Origin: Octopus sinensis
Lineage: Eukaryota
Direction of reading: 5' to 3'
Length of the DNA: 64,000 nt
NCBI RefSeq assembly: GCF_006345805.1
Contig: NW_021834222.1
Span: forward strand, 8,816 to 72,815
Made by a program: the position numbers and the translations under genes. The notes below the pieces were generated by a model. The model was given only the letters and a program-made list of their open reading frames with translations, did not search any database and had not been told where the DNA came from. Each line of letters begins with the position of its first letter. The first letter of the stretch is position 1. Below, one piece after another: positions 11,177 through 24,017 of the stretch.

Positions 11177-11859
11177 CATGCGTGTGGGTAGGTGTTTCAT
11201 CGTATGTGTGCAAGTAGACGCTGAATATAATGGGATGATATTGGTGCTGCCATCAGTTTAATAAAGGCAATTCCTTAAGTGTTTACTCACAACTGTTAGG
11301 AACAGCAAAAACCAGTTTTGAATGAAAAGTGGCCTATTTAAGTAAATTCCAAATGAGGGGTGCTCCATCATAATAATGCGTGGCAGCACATGGCAAAGGT
11401 CACATCCGAAAAGAGAGAAAAAATTTCAACCGGTAAAATACTTTCACCCGTTCCTTATTCATCGCACCTTGCTCCTTTATTACCAACACCGAAGTTTACA
11501 GAAATATTTTGATGGACGAATTCCTAAAAGAGGAAAAGTGGAAACTACCCGTCTTTACGTTCTTTCTCTCCAAGTGGTATTATTAATTGCTGGAACGACC
11601 TCATTAATGGTGATGGTAATTATACTAATGAATAACGTAATTGATAATGATGACAAGTGAGTTAATGAATAAACTGAAAGAAAATATGGAATTTAGAGAA
11701 CTTGTGTTCGAAGAATTTGGGCGCCACTTATGGATGACCTTATATACACATATGCTCTCACACACGCGCGCACACATGCACACATTCATATATATGTATG
11801 TACATATATAAATATAGATACAGACATAGATACTTACACATGTATATACATGTATATAT

Positions 11860-12780
11860 GGTGATTTGCTCCATCTTCACAGATGATTGCTGTCTCTGAG
11901 TTTCCTCATTTGTATTCCTGACTTTCCATCCATGACCTCTCAGATGACTATTCAGTCCTTTTGTGGATCGGCATGATTTTAAACATAGATGACAGGCAAA
12001 AGTTCTAACTTCCAGTGGATTGATCGGATCACTCTGCAAGATATGACTCCTACAAGATAAGACTCCTGCAAGATATGGCCCCTGCAAGATATGGCCCCTG
12101 CAATATATGACCCCTGCAAGATATAACCCCTGCAAGATTGACCCCTGCAAGATATGGTCCCTGCAAGATATGACCCCTGCAAGATATGGCCCCTGCAATA
12201 TATGACCCCTGCAAGATATGACACCTGCAAGATATGACACTTGCAAGATAATATTCCTGCAAGATATGACCCCTGCAAGATATGAGCCCTGCAAGATATG
12301 ACCCCTGTGAACTGCCATATATTTCTCTTCGGACCCAAAATCCATTTGCAAGCCCTTTCTCACACTACACACCTCCAATTACCTGGTCCAAGGAGGAAGG
12401 ACATTGCATACAGTTGCTCTTTCATGAGACTTCAGATGGTTGACATACCCGGCCTTGGGAAGGAGTGCACGGACAGCGATCTATGTTTTCATTAAGGTTC
12501 TAATGACAGCCCCTCTGAAACCAGCACTTTAGGCTTTCATGCACCGGGTGACCCTCTTTAAAAGATATACAACCTTCACTTATACACTTCCTCCACTCAA
12601 TTTTTTCCAAACCTAATTCTTCCCAGTTCTTTACATGGATATGCACTTCTTTTAGGCTGTTTTGTTTAAGACTACCTTGGTTGCTTTTTTGTGATTTATA
12701 CTAAGGACGCTTTACAGTGCACAGCTCACCATAGAACAACTACTTTGGAACCCTATTATCTTCAATACGCATGAAATCTA
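11860..12780 (-). mobile_element. RTE-clade LINE 3' fragment (decayed)
   Basis: Minus-strand translation MRIEDNRVPK*LFYGELCTVKR...KNWEELGLEKIEWRKCISEGCISFKE (RTE/BovB-like post-RT region), then FACHLCLKSCRSTKGLNSHLRGH (terminal C2H2 finger typical of RTE ORF ends) and a short 3' end. Confidence 0.75.
12032..12308. repeat. 16-bp minisatellite (~17 copies) expanded inside the RTE
   Basis: Unit GATATGRCCCCTGCAA repeated with minor variants. Confidence 0.9.
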
Positions 12781-12789
12781 AAAGTTTTT

Positions 12790-12950
12790 TTTCATTCTCT
12801 CTCTGTTTATTTCCTCTTATTCATTTCCGTTGAAGAGCTTAGGCTCGAAACGTAAAAGACTTTTTCATTTTCCCGAGCGTCAAACTAATGCATTTGCTTG
12901 TTGTTCATACACCTGTCTTCGTCTTTTGTTTTTATATAAATTTCAACCAT
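12790..12950 (+). mobile_element. Hammerhead element family H3, degenerate core
   Basis: attt-ccgttga-a-gagc-ttag-gctc-gaaac-gta-aaag-actttttcattttcccgagcgtc...cacctgtcttcgtcttttgtt. Confidence 0.6.
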
Positions 12951-13359
12951 ACATACACTCATACATACACACATACGGATTAGCCCATTAGCCCATAACA
13001 TGTGTTTGAAAAGTTGAACAATGAAAATCCTTACACACAACAGGAAAGGTTCATGACATTTCCAAAAGATTTAGACATTCTGTCCTCAATAAGTACTAGG
13101 CGTTAAAAAAGATCCTGGGGTCGATCTGTTCGACTAAAACGCTTCAAAGCGGTGCCCCAGCATGGCCACAGACTTATGGCTAAAACAAGTAAAAAGTAAA
13201 AGATAAATTTTAAATAAAGTAAGTGAATCAAGTACTTGTTATAAAAATGTTTAAATTCACGTACACGCACGCATACAAACACACACATATGTATATATAC
13301 ATGTATATTCATATTTCCAAATATGAATGTGAGTGTATGTCTTTGTGGGTGTGTATAAG

Positions 13360-13402
<43 letters not shown>

Positions 13403-14175
13403 TATGTATGTATATATATTTATGTGAGAAAAGTAAAAGAGCGCGGAGCAAGCGTAACATGGCGACTCATTGAGTAGTCATCCGTAACTAGAGCAGCCCA
13501 TGTGATTGTGAACCCCTACTGGTGAGTACATACGGGTAGGTTAAGGAGTGGGGGAAGATCTATCCAAAGACGGGGGTGGTGCGGTGACAATTGGTTCGGT
13601 GTGGTGGTCGTACTTTCACTTGGTCTGGCACCGTCCAGACCAACAACTTTTGTGTCAGGTGAGACCGTGCCAAAACTCTGGCGTCTCCAGACTGGATTAC
13701 ATCTAATGAGAATGGTGTCATTGTTAATGATTTTGGGGGTGGAGTGAGGGCGACGGGGAGGGGGAGGTTATTCGGGTGGTCGAGTAGAAGAAACGAGGCG
13801 GTGGTAGTGGCGGTGGCGGTGATGGTAGTAATGGAGAGAAGGAAGGTCGGGGTGGAGGAGCCGTCAAGGACGTAAGTACAAACTGTAACCGCTCCCGTCA
13901 TGGGGTCGAGAGCACCGTATGAAACGACGGATTAAGTATTTGAAGAAGAAGAAAAAACAAAAAACCCCAAATAAGTGACATACAACATAGGAATGCACAC
14001 ACACGCACACGGATCAAACATACAGACGCACACATACACACATACACATACACACACAGAGGCCTACATACACACGTACAAATATGTGACATATTTCAGA
14101 GCACTTTCAACGTATATGTATGTGTGTATACAAATATATATATATTCACATATACATATATATATATATGCATAT

Positions 14176-14252
<77 letters not shown>

Positions 14253-14255
14253 TTA

Positions 14256-14630
14256 TTCTTTTATTCTTCTACTTGTTTCAATCATTTGACTGAATGGTTT
14301 TAGTTGAACAAGTAGACCCCAGGACTTATTTTTTAAAGCCTTGTATCTATTCTATCGGTTTCTTTTGCCGAACAGCTACGTTACAGGGACGTAAACGCAT
14401 CAACATCAGTTGTCAAGCGATGGGGGGGGGGGTTGACAAACACAGACACAAAGACGCACACAAATCTATACATATATAAACGACAGGCTTCTTTCAATTT
14501 CCGTCAATCAAATCTACTCACAAGGCTTTGGTCGTCTCGAGGCTATAGTAGAAGACACTTGCCCAAGGTGCCACGCAGTGGGACTGAACCCGGAACCATG
14601 CAGTTGGGAAGTAAGCCTCTTACTATACAG
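14256..14630 (-). mobile_element. SINE family B
   Basis: gaagacacttgcccaaggtgccacgcagtgggactgaacccggaaccatg and downstream blocks. Confidence 0.85.
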
Positions 14631-14704
14631 TCACACACACACATGTATATATATATATATATATATACATATATACATATATATATATATATGTATGTAT
14701 GTAT

Positions 14705-14975
14705 GTATAAAAAGAGAAAAAGAGAGAGAGGGAGAGAGGGTGACGTGTGTGTGCATGTGTATATTACTAGCCACATTTATATATGTATGTGCGCGTATAT
14801 ATACATACACACACATACACACACACACATATATATATGTGTGTATATATATATGTATAAAAAGAGAAAAAGAGAGAGAGGGAGAGAGGGAGACGTGTGT
14901 GTGCATGTGTATATTACTAGCCACATTTATATATGTATGTGCGCGTATATATACATACACACACACACACATATA
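14705..14975. repeat. Tandem duplication of a ~150-bp low-complexity unit
   Basis: gtataaaaagagaaaaagagagagagggagagaggg...tattactagccacattt...gcgcgtatat occurs at 14705 and 14855. Confidence 0.85.
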
Positions 14976-14985
14976 TAAATAGATA

Positions 14986-15042
14986 GATAGATGGGTATAT
15001 GTAAATAGATAGACAAATAGATAGATAGATAGATAGATAGAC

Positions 15043-15085
<43 letters not shown>

Positions 15086-15120
15086 CAAACAGATAGACAG
15101 ACAGACAGGCAGACAGATAA
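14986..15120. repeat. (GATA)n/(GACA)n microsatellite abutting the LINE 3' end
   Basis: Direct inspection. Confidence 0.95.
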
Positions 15121-18100
15121 GTTTCTTTATTGGCCACACAGGGCTGCACACAGATGGGATAAGTTACAAGGTAGAGCTTTTCTTTTGGGGGATGAAGAGA
15201 ACAAAAAACAAAAGAAAAAAGGGGGGTGGCGTAGGTTTTCGATCAAGAGGGATCGTAAAAGGGAAAGAACAAAAACAAAAAAAAAATTGAATAAAATAAA
15301 AGAATAAAAAGAAAAAAAAGAAAAGGAAAAGGAACAAAAGGAAAGAGGAATGAAAAAAGAAGAAAAAAGGGGAAAAAAAGGGGAAGAGAAAAAAAGAACG
15401 ATCAATAGGATCGTGTATCACAGTGTATGATATATGGTGTAAAGGGGAAAGCAAGTAAGGTTTATCCGTGGGAAGAAAAGCCTACGAAAAAGACCACGGT
15501 AACCTTGGTCAATATTGTTATATGTTACCACATTTGTTTGCAAGTGGGTAACCCTCTGTTTTCAATTTCTGGGTTCATAGGATTATGCTCAAGGTGGCTT
15601 CGTCATTCATACGTGCCATCCTTGCAACATTCACCCATCTTTTTTTAAACATTCGCTAGACAAAACTTGCCTCTCTACTCTCACTTTCCTTTTCAAGTGG
15701 TACTTGAAGAAGTTGATGAGACGAGAGATTGACCGAGAGGAAGTGTTTGTCTCCAATCCTTTCAGACGCGTCCACCAGATACATTCTTTCGCCATAGCCA
15801 CAAGGATGATGAAATAGCTCTTCCTTCCCGTTTGAAGGAAGGAGGCGCGACAATATTGACGATAGACTCAGCTGATAAACCGACTCGTCCCACACGTGAC
15901 AGCAGGTTGACACATAAGCCCACAGGTCGGAAATTGTTGGACACTGCACGAGTGCGTGCAGAACGGTTTCGTCGCTCTGACCGCATCTCGGGCAGGTCGG
16001 CCCCGTGTTTCTCGAGCCGTGTCTGTAGAGCTTATCCCGAACGGGTAGCGCTTCTCGGTAGCACTGCCAGGCCAGGAATCTCTGGAAGTTGTCCGTGGGC
16101 CCTGGCCCGAAAGTCGTCCTGAACAGGCGGGTCAGGTACTCCTCGTCGACGTCCAGGTTCGCCCCGAGCTCGTCGTCGTACCTCACCTCCACTAATCCCC
16201 TATAGAATGCTTTGGTTGTGTTGAAGTCACTCAAGGTCGACCCAGGACGGCAGAGTTGCTTGAGAGCAACACGACACTCGCGGTGCCATTCGCCCTTCCT
16301 CGGCCTCTTTTTGATCCACGACTGCAGTTCGGTCATGGAGACGAGCTGCGGGAAAGCGTGCCTCACAAACGGCGACCACACCTGTTTACCGTCGTCTACA
16401 TAGAGCCAGAGATGTCGCAGTCTCAGCGCGTGTCTGCGCATCATCAACCACGGCATGCCCAGCCCTCCTTTTAACGGGTGTTGACAGCAATGGATCGCCT
16501 GACCATCGGACACATCCTTTCCACAAGAAGCGAAAGAGAATGCGTTGTAGTTTGGTGATGGTAGGGTCGGGACAAGGTACGACGGTCAGGCGGTAGTAGA
16601 TGACGGACGCGATGTACGTGTTCGCCACCTCCGCCCGACCTTTTAGGGACAGTTTCCTCTCGGCCCATTGCCGGGCGAGAGTGACCACCCTACTCGTTAT
16701 CTCGTTCCAATTCTTCTCCACTTGGAGGTCGGACCAACCAGACCCCGAGCAACTCAACCGGGCCGTCGGTCCAGCGTCCCACGACGGAGGCGCTGGTGGA
16801 CGGCATGGGCTTGCTTCTCCAGGTGCCTAGTCGCAAGCCCACTGACTTTTCCGGTTGATTTTCGCTCCTGTCACCGCTTCGTAGTTTTTCAGTGTCTCGC
16901 CGACCTGCTCGATGTGCTCGTGGCTAGACACTATGACGTGACGTCGTCCGCGTATGCAGACACGCTCGTCCCGCATCCCAGTTCTCGCGGGATGCCCCTC
17001 AAAGTTGCCAGCTTCCGCAATAATGGCTCGAGAGTCAATACGTATAGAAGCGACGAGAGGGGCATCCCTGACGGACCGAACGTGCGATGTCGAAGGGTCT
17101 CGACAGATGTCCATTCACGCGAATTACCGAACGGATGCCTCTGTACAAAGCGGCTATCCAGCCGCGGAAGACGGGACCGAAGCCTGCCGCTCTGAGGACC
17201 GCCTCCAAGTATCGATGGTCTACCCTATCGAAAGCTTTCGATTGATCCAAATTGATCAGCGCCCCACCCATGCCAGGTTCGTTAACTACCCTGTCTATGA
17301 TGTAGCGCATCAGGTGGAGGTTGTCATGGATGATCCGGCCCGGCACGGCGCATGTTTGCGCCCTGTCGACCAGTTTCTCGATGACAAGCGCCAACCTCTT
17401 GGCTAGCACCTTGGCCAAAGTTTTCAGGTCTGCATTAAGCAGAGTGATGGGCCTAAAGTTATCTATTACATTTCCCTTGTTTAGATCTTTCTTCAGCAGT
17501 GTTACGGCTCCTCGGCTCACAAAACCAGGAATGCTCCCGTTTTGCTGCCAGTTGCAGTACACCGCCGCCAAGAGATCTCCAAACAAGTCTGGCATACAAT
17601 TGTAAAGCTCGTAGGGTAGACCATCCAAACCCGGTGATTTGTCCCTCGAGCATTCTGCCATCGCCTCCTGCACTTCCGCCGCCGTGATGGCACCTTCGCA
17701 GCACCCTGCCTTTCTTGTCGAGAGTCGTGGTAGGCTATGTAGGTAGGCACTGAAGTCCACCCTACGTTCTTGCCCTCCACTCGTCCCGAACAGTCGGGCA
17801 AAATGCTGCTGAAAGGCCTAACACATTTTACTTGGCTCGAGCAATTCGCGCCACTGTTTATCTACCAGGGACCGAATGGTGGCTTTGTTGCCCTGTTGCG
17901 CCTCTGCCACCCGGGCCTCTCTCGCGGCTCCAACACCATCGTTCCTTAGAGCACACATCCTAGCTCTGACAGCACATCCTTCGTGTTTGGCGTTGAAGTG
18001 TTGGTCGAGGGCCAACCTCGCCGCCAAAACGTTGGATGCGATGCCGCTTCTAATTGCCTCTTCTAGCTTCTTAACTAGCTCACCCTCAACTCTATTTCTA

Positions 18101-18597
18101 TCTATGGCTAGTGCTTTGCTGTACCTAATCGCTTCTGCTTTTACTGCTCTCTTGAGGGCAAACCACCATTTGTTGTTGATGATGGCTCCCGTCAAAGCCC
18201 TCTTTACTAGTGTGCTAATCCGGTCTCTGAAAACCTGTCTCGATGGGAAAGACGCGTTTAGTTTCCAGTATCCGGGACCCTGCCTAAGTGTCTTACCTAA
18301 GTCTAGCGTACATGTCACAAGTTTGTGATCCGTGTAGCTGACTATGTGGAATTGTGGACATCCTATGCTATCTCTGTCTACTGTCCTACACAGTATCCTA
18401 TCTAGATACGATCTCGACGACCAGATGCGGTTGCTCCATGTCCACGTTGGCGCATTCGGGTGGTCTAGTCGGAACCTGTCAGACAGTTGAAAGCGTCTGA
18501 GCAGGTCTCTGAGGCATTTGCATCCCCGTCTATTCCTATCTCTACCCACGTAGTCTACATGCGTGTTCAAGGTAGCATTCCAATCCCCCACTAAGAG
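15121..18597 (-). mobile_element. 5'-truncated L1/Tx1-clade LINE (copy A) flanked on both sides by (GATA)n
   Basis: ORF2 domains in order on the minus strand, a ~450-nt pyrimidine-rich 3' UTR ending gtggccaataaagaaac and then (TATC)n. The 5' break at ~18597 joins (CTAT)n. Confidence 0.9.
15575..18596 (-). pseudogene. LINE ORF2 (APE endonuclease C-terminal half, reverse transcriptase, CCHC finger), frameshifted
   Basis: LLVGDWNATL, SYLDRI and YTDHKLV (APE); FRPITLLNADLKTLAKVLAKRL, LDQSKAFDRVDH, VRQGCP and AYADDV (RT); CPRCGQSDETVLHALVQC (L1-type C-terminal finger); stop codon TGA at 15575-15577. Confidence 0.9.
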
Positions 18598-18641
<44 letters not shown>

Positions 18642-18642
18642 G

Positions 18643-18697
<55 letters not shown>

Positions 18698-18698
18698 G

Positions 18699-18741
<43 letters not shown>

Positions 18742-18786
18742 GAGATAGATAGATAGATAGATAGATAGACAGATAGATAGATAGAC

Positions 18787-18849
<63 letters not shown>

Positions 18850-18858
18850 GAGAGATAG
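18598..18858. repeat. (GATA)n microsatellite between the two LINE copies
   Basis: Direct inspection. Confidence 0.95.
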
Positions 18859-19690
18859 AATGAACACATGGGAGCAAAGTGCTCTCTCTTTTACTTTTTT
18901 CGATTTACAGGATCTTGCTGAAAGTGGTTTCGTCACTCGCATGCACCATCTTTGCTACATTCACCCATCGTTTTTTGAAACTCTCACGAGACAAAACCTG
19001 CCTTTCCATTCTCACCTTCCTTTTCAAGTGGTACGTGAAAAGGTTGACGAGCGATTGGCCAGACAGGTAAGTGTTTGTCTCTAATCCTTTCGCTCGAGTC
19101 CACCACACACATTCTTTCACCAAGGCCATCAGTACGATGAAGACTGCCTTACCTTCCCGGTTGAGGGAAGGTGGCGGAGCAACTGTTACGATAGACTCGA
19201 CCGACAGGCGGACTCGTCCCACACGTGACAGCATAAGCCCACAGGTCCGAAATGGCTGGACAATGCACGAGTGCGTGCAGAATGGTTTCGTCGCTCTGAC
19301 CGCATCTCGGGCAAGTTGGTCCGGTGTGTCTCGAACCTTGCCTGTAGAGCTTATCCCGAACAGGTAACGTTTCTCGATAGCACTGCCAGGGATCTCTGGT
19401 GATTGTCCATAGGTCTCGGCCCGAAAGTTGTCCTAAACAGGCGGGTCAGGCTTTCCTCTTCGATGTCCAGATTCTGTCCAAGAACGTCGTCGCACCCCAC
19501 CCTCCACTAATCCTCTATAGAATGCCTTTGTTGTAATGAAGTTGCAGAAGTTTGGTTCTGGACGGCAGAGTTGCTTGAGAGCAACGCGACACTCGCGGTG
19601 CCATTCGCCTAGTCTCGGTCTCTGTTTAAGCCACGAGTGCAGTTCGGCCAAGGAGACGAGCTGTGGGAAAGCGCGCCGCACAAACGCCTA
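18859..19690 (-). mobile_element. Second, diverged L1/Tx1-clade LINE fragment (copy B; ORF2 3' end, ~45-nt 3' UTR, then (TCTA)n)
   Basis: Collinear with 15575-16375 (LGEWHRECRVALKQLCR; KRWVNVAKMVH..SKIL*) but clearly diverged; stop at 18905-18907. Confidence 0.85.
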
Positions 19691-19946
19691 CATGGTAAAC
19701 AAAGTGATCATAAACCATCGAAAAAATTATTTACCCTTTTATTATATTTACCCTTTTATTATATTACTAATTGGATTTCTTACTCCATTACGACTTTCCC
19801 GGTGGTGCGCATGGCAGAATTTTGGAGGGAAAATTTACGGTCTCAGTCGTTTACTTAGTTTTAACCTATGCACACTTTCCCCCCACTATTTGATGACGCC
19901 TGGTCAAAGGTGGAGGCTGGTGGCATTTGATAAATCTAACGAAGAG

Positions 19947-20003
19947 GGTGCTGAAGAAAGACTTTAGGCAATTTCTCGCCTACGATCTAGAAACATGTTC
20001 ACC
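19947..20003 (+). ncRNA. Type-I hammerhead motif (H5)
   Basis: GGUG-CUGAAGA-A-AGA-cuu-UAGGC/aauuucuc/GCCUA-cga-UCU-A-GAAA-C-AU-GUU-CACC: stem I GGUG/CACC, bipartite stem II, palindromic ACAUGU stem III. Confidence 0.55.
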
Positions 20004-20186
20004 ATTAACGGTAAGGGATTGTTTTCGTTTATTTGCTACTCCGGTTTTGCGTATGTGAATCGCAGGGTTATGTCGTATATGGAGACCCCACTTGCAGAAA
20101 ATGGAAATAAACAGTCTCTGACTGCCATTTCTAACTCTTTCGGTATGCGGCAGAGCAACCTGTTGCCTACCCTTTTACTTATATAC

Positions 20187-20226
<40 letters not shown>

Positions 20227-20291
20227 AAATAAGTTACGAAAGAAAATATAAAATAAGATATATAAATATATCTTATTATTATCTATATCTA

Positions 20292-20323
<32 letters not shown>

Positions 20324-20333
20324 CATATATATA

Positions 20334-20422
<89 letters not shown>

Positions 20423-20426
20423 TATA

Positions 20427-20815
20427 GGCGCAGGAGTGGCTGAGTGGTAAGTAGTTTGCTAACCAGCCACATGGTTCCGGATTCAGTCCCACTGCGTGGC
20501 ATCTTGGGCAAAGTGTCTTCTGCTATAGCCCCGGGCCGACCAATACCTTGTGCTGGATTTGGGAGACGGAAACTGAAAGAAGCCTGTCGTATATATGTAT
20601 GTGTTTTTGTGTGTCTGTGTTTGCCCCCCACCCTAGCATTGCTTGACAACCGATGCTGGTGTGTTTACGTCCCCGTCACTTAGCGGTTCGGCAAAAGAGA
20701 CCGATAGAATAAGTACTGGGCTTACAAAGAATAAGTACCGGGGTTGATTTGCTCGACTAAAGGCGGTGCTCCAGCATGGCCGCTGTCAAATGACTGAAAC
20801 AAGCAAAAGAGTAAA
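20427..20815 (+). mobile_element. SINE family B, near full-length
   Basis: tRNA-like head ggcgcaggagtggctgagtggtaag...ggttccggattcagtcc, CORE-like cttgggcaa, internal (TG)n, 3' ggcggtgctccagcatggcc...gactgaaacaag. Confidence 0.9.
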
Positions 20816-20842
20816 GAGAGTATATTATATATATATATATAT

Positions 20843-20881
<39 letters not shown>

Positions 20882-20929
20882 TAGATACACAGACACACAG
20901 AGAGATAGATAGATAAGTAGATAGATAGC

Positions 20930-20982
<53 letters not shown>

Positions 20983-21098
20983 GGATAGATGGATAGATAG
21001 ATAGATGAAAATATGAACTGATACAACATTCTGAAGATAGACATGCAAAGAGCAGGAAAGAATTACGGTTACGAGAGATAGAAAAGGGTAATGTATAT

Positions 21099-21156
<58 letters not shown>

Positions 21157-21437
21157 GGAGGGAGAGAGAGGGAGAGAGAGAGATGGATAGAGAGAGAAGA
21201 GAGAGAGAGAGAGATTGAGGAGGGAAAGGCGAACCCAGCTGCATTAATTACATGTGTACCTAAGGTCAAAATCGTGTTTCCTGAAACCGATTTACATTCA
21301 TAATATAGAGATGCGTCAACGTCCCCGCCTCATGTGCAAACGGATTTGCTTATCACAAATCTAATTTATTATCAAATGAGTTTTCACACGTTGTTTGTGT
21401 GTGTATGTGTGTGGGAACGAGTATATATGTATATACG

Positions 21438-21472
<35 letters not shown>

Positions 21473-21509
21473 GTATAATATATGTGTGTGTGTGTGTGGT
21501 ATATATATG

Positions 21510-21564
<55 letters not shown>

Positions 21565-21734
21565 TATATATTATATATATATATATATATAATATATATA
21601 TATATATATAAAGTCAGTGGTTAAAAATTAACCATCAGGATGGTTGGGCAAACGACATATATTCACACCGTTGAATATAAATAAATATGTATTAAAATAC
21701 CAGGGCGTTCACCGCACAAAACCCGAAGCTATAA

Positions 21735-21794
<60 letters not shown>

Positions 21795-22406
21795 AATATA
21801 TATTATAAATAAAATAAAACATATGCATATATGTAAACATATATGTACGTACCTACCTCTACATGTACATATACACGCATATATGGTACAGGACACCAAA
21901 AGGACGTCGAACCACAATGAGAAACGAAAAACATAGACACCAAACCAAAGGAACTGGACATTTTTTTTAAAAAAACAGCAGAAAATTAGAGTACAGGACA
22001 ATTAACACAAGAAATATATATATATATAATATATATAATACACGCATATAAAAACGTGTAAAAATTGTGTAAAGAACGATGCGTATGAAAGGGTAAGAAG
22101 AAAATACACGAAGAAAAGATAAAACATGAATGTGTATATAGCAAGGCAACTAAAAATTTAAAAAAATATAAGATAGTTAAACTATTAAAGGTAAAAGGAA
22201 TCCTGAATATTGTCCGGTGTAGATTGATTTGGCAAAACACTTCCTGGCGGGTGCCCCAGCATGGCCTCAGTCAAATAACTGAAAGAAGCAAAAGATAAAT
22301 ATATCTATATATCTATATATTATATTATATATATATATATATAATATATATATATATATAGATATATATATACATACATATATATTATATATACGCACAG
22401 ATGCAT

Positions 22407-22570
22407 ATAGAGTCGCGCCAAAAAGTTCCAAAATTATTTTCTGCAACGCCTCCCAAAGCACTTCATTATTTGTAGAATGTGCGAAATATTCCATCAACAG
22501 TGGCCAAGTGGTCGAAATTTTGGCTCTTGGGCTACGCGACTTTTGCAGAAATAGAGCGCATCAAATTGCA
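22407..22570 (+). mobile_element. Possible mariner left-end fragment
   Basis: TIR-like tagagtcgcgccaaaaagttccaaaattattt followed by a remnant resembling ..Q..IK of a transposase start. Confidence 0.35.
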
Positions 22571-22573
22571 ACA

Positions 22574-22638
<65 letters not shown>

Positions 22639-22654
22639 TTGCACACAAACATCC

Positions 22655-22762
<108 letters not shown>

Positions 22763-22938
22763 ACACCTTCACCTTTACCTGTTATCAAGTGTCCACTTGT
22801 AATTAACTGCAGCTGCCTGGAAATATGAGGACACTGTAAATTCAGGGCATTGTATACAAAATGATAGCCATAGAGAGATACTCTGTATTACAGAGGGAGA
22901 TAGAGACAGATATAGAGAAAGATATATATATACACACA

Positions 22939-22974
<36 letters not shown>

Positions 22975-23113
22975 ACCCCCAAAACTAAGAAAGGCGCCAG
23001 TAAATTCAATCGTCAAATTTCATTTCTTTTTGCAGTTCTTTAGTTTCCATTATTGGTTTCTATTGTTATTGTTGATGGTCACGGAATTAACATTATAACC
23101 TATATAATGGTAC

Positions 23114-23150
<37 letters not shown>

Positions 23151-23330
23151 ACAGACTTCTTGCCGAGATTTTTTTTAATATTTAATCTAAAATGACATTG
23201 TAAAACTCTTTACAACATCAATAAGCCCGGTCGTAATCCCAGTCGGCTTGCGTCTTATTTACTCAATAAAATACTACGAGTATCTCATCCTCTTCCTCAC
23301 TCCCCCGTTCTCTCTCTTTCTCTCTTCCCC

Positions 23331-23459
<129 letters not shown>

Positions 23460-23896
23460 ATATGTTTTTCTCTGGTAATTATACTATTGTTCTCTTTTGC
23501 CGAACCGTTAGTTACAGGCACATACACAAACCAACACTGGTTATCAAGCGATGGTGTCGGACAAATGCAAACGGACACACACACGCACATATTTATATAC
23601 TAAATGAAGTCCGTCGTATATATAATTTTATTTCATCTATAATTTTATTTCAGCTTACGAGCTGTGGCCATGCTGGGGCACCGCCATTCAAAAAATTAAC
23701 GATATCTGTCAGATGTATGTATGTATGTATGTATGTATGTATGTACGTACGTATGTAAGTATATATATATAGATTCAGATGAAAATGGTACTTAAGTTGA
23801 GGCACCAGAATTTAGTACGGTATTATCCATACAATTTCAAAACGACGGATCTCCTTTAGTTTTCGTCTGCCAAACTAGAAAATCCCTTGGCAAGTA

Positions 23897-24017
23897 GGCT
23901 TTGGTCGATCCGAGTCTATAGTAGAAGACACTTGTCTAAGCTGCCGCACAATGTGGGACTGAACCCGCAACCATGTGGTTGGAAAGCAAATTACTTAACC
24001 ACACAACCACGCATGCA
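23897..24017 (-). mobile_element. SINE family B, head fragment
   Basis: tagtagaagacacttg...gggactgaacccgcaaccatgtggttgg...accacac. Confidence 0.75.

Noticed and set aside
11930-12005. Host C2H2 zinc-finger gene exon
   Set aside because: A single finger without TGEKP linkers, collinear with RTE LINE C-terminal motifs, so assigned to the retroelement.
12032-12308. CRISPR-like array (also the SINE multimers and the 43516-43650 repeat)
   Set aside because: Direct tandem units with no unique spacers, no cas genes, and a eukaryotic context.
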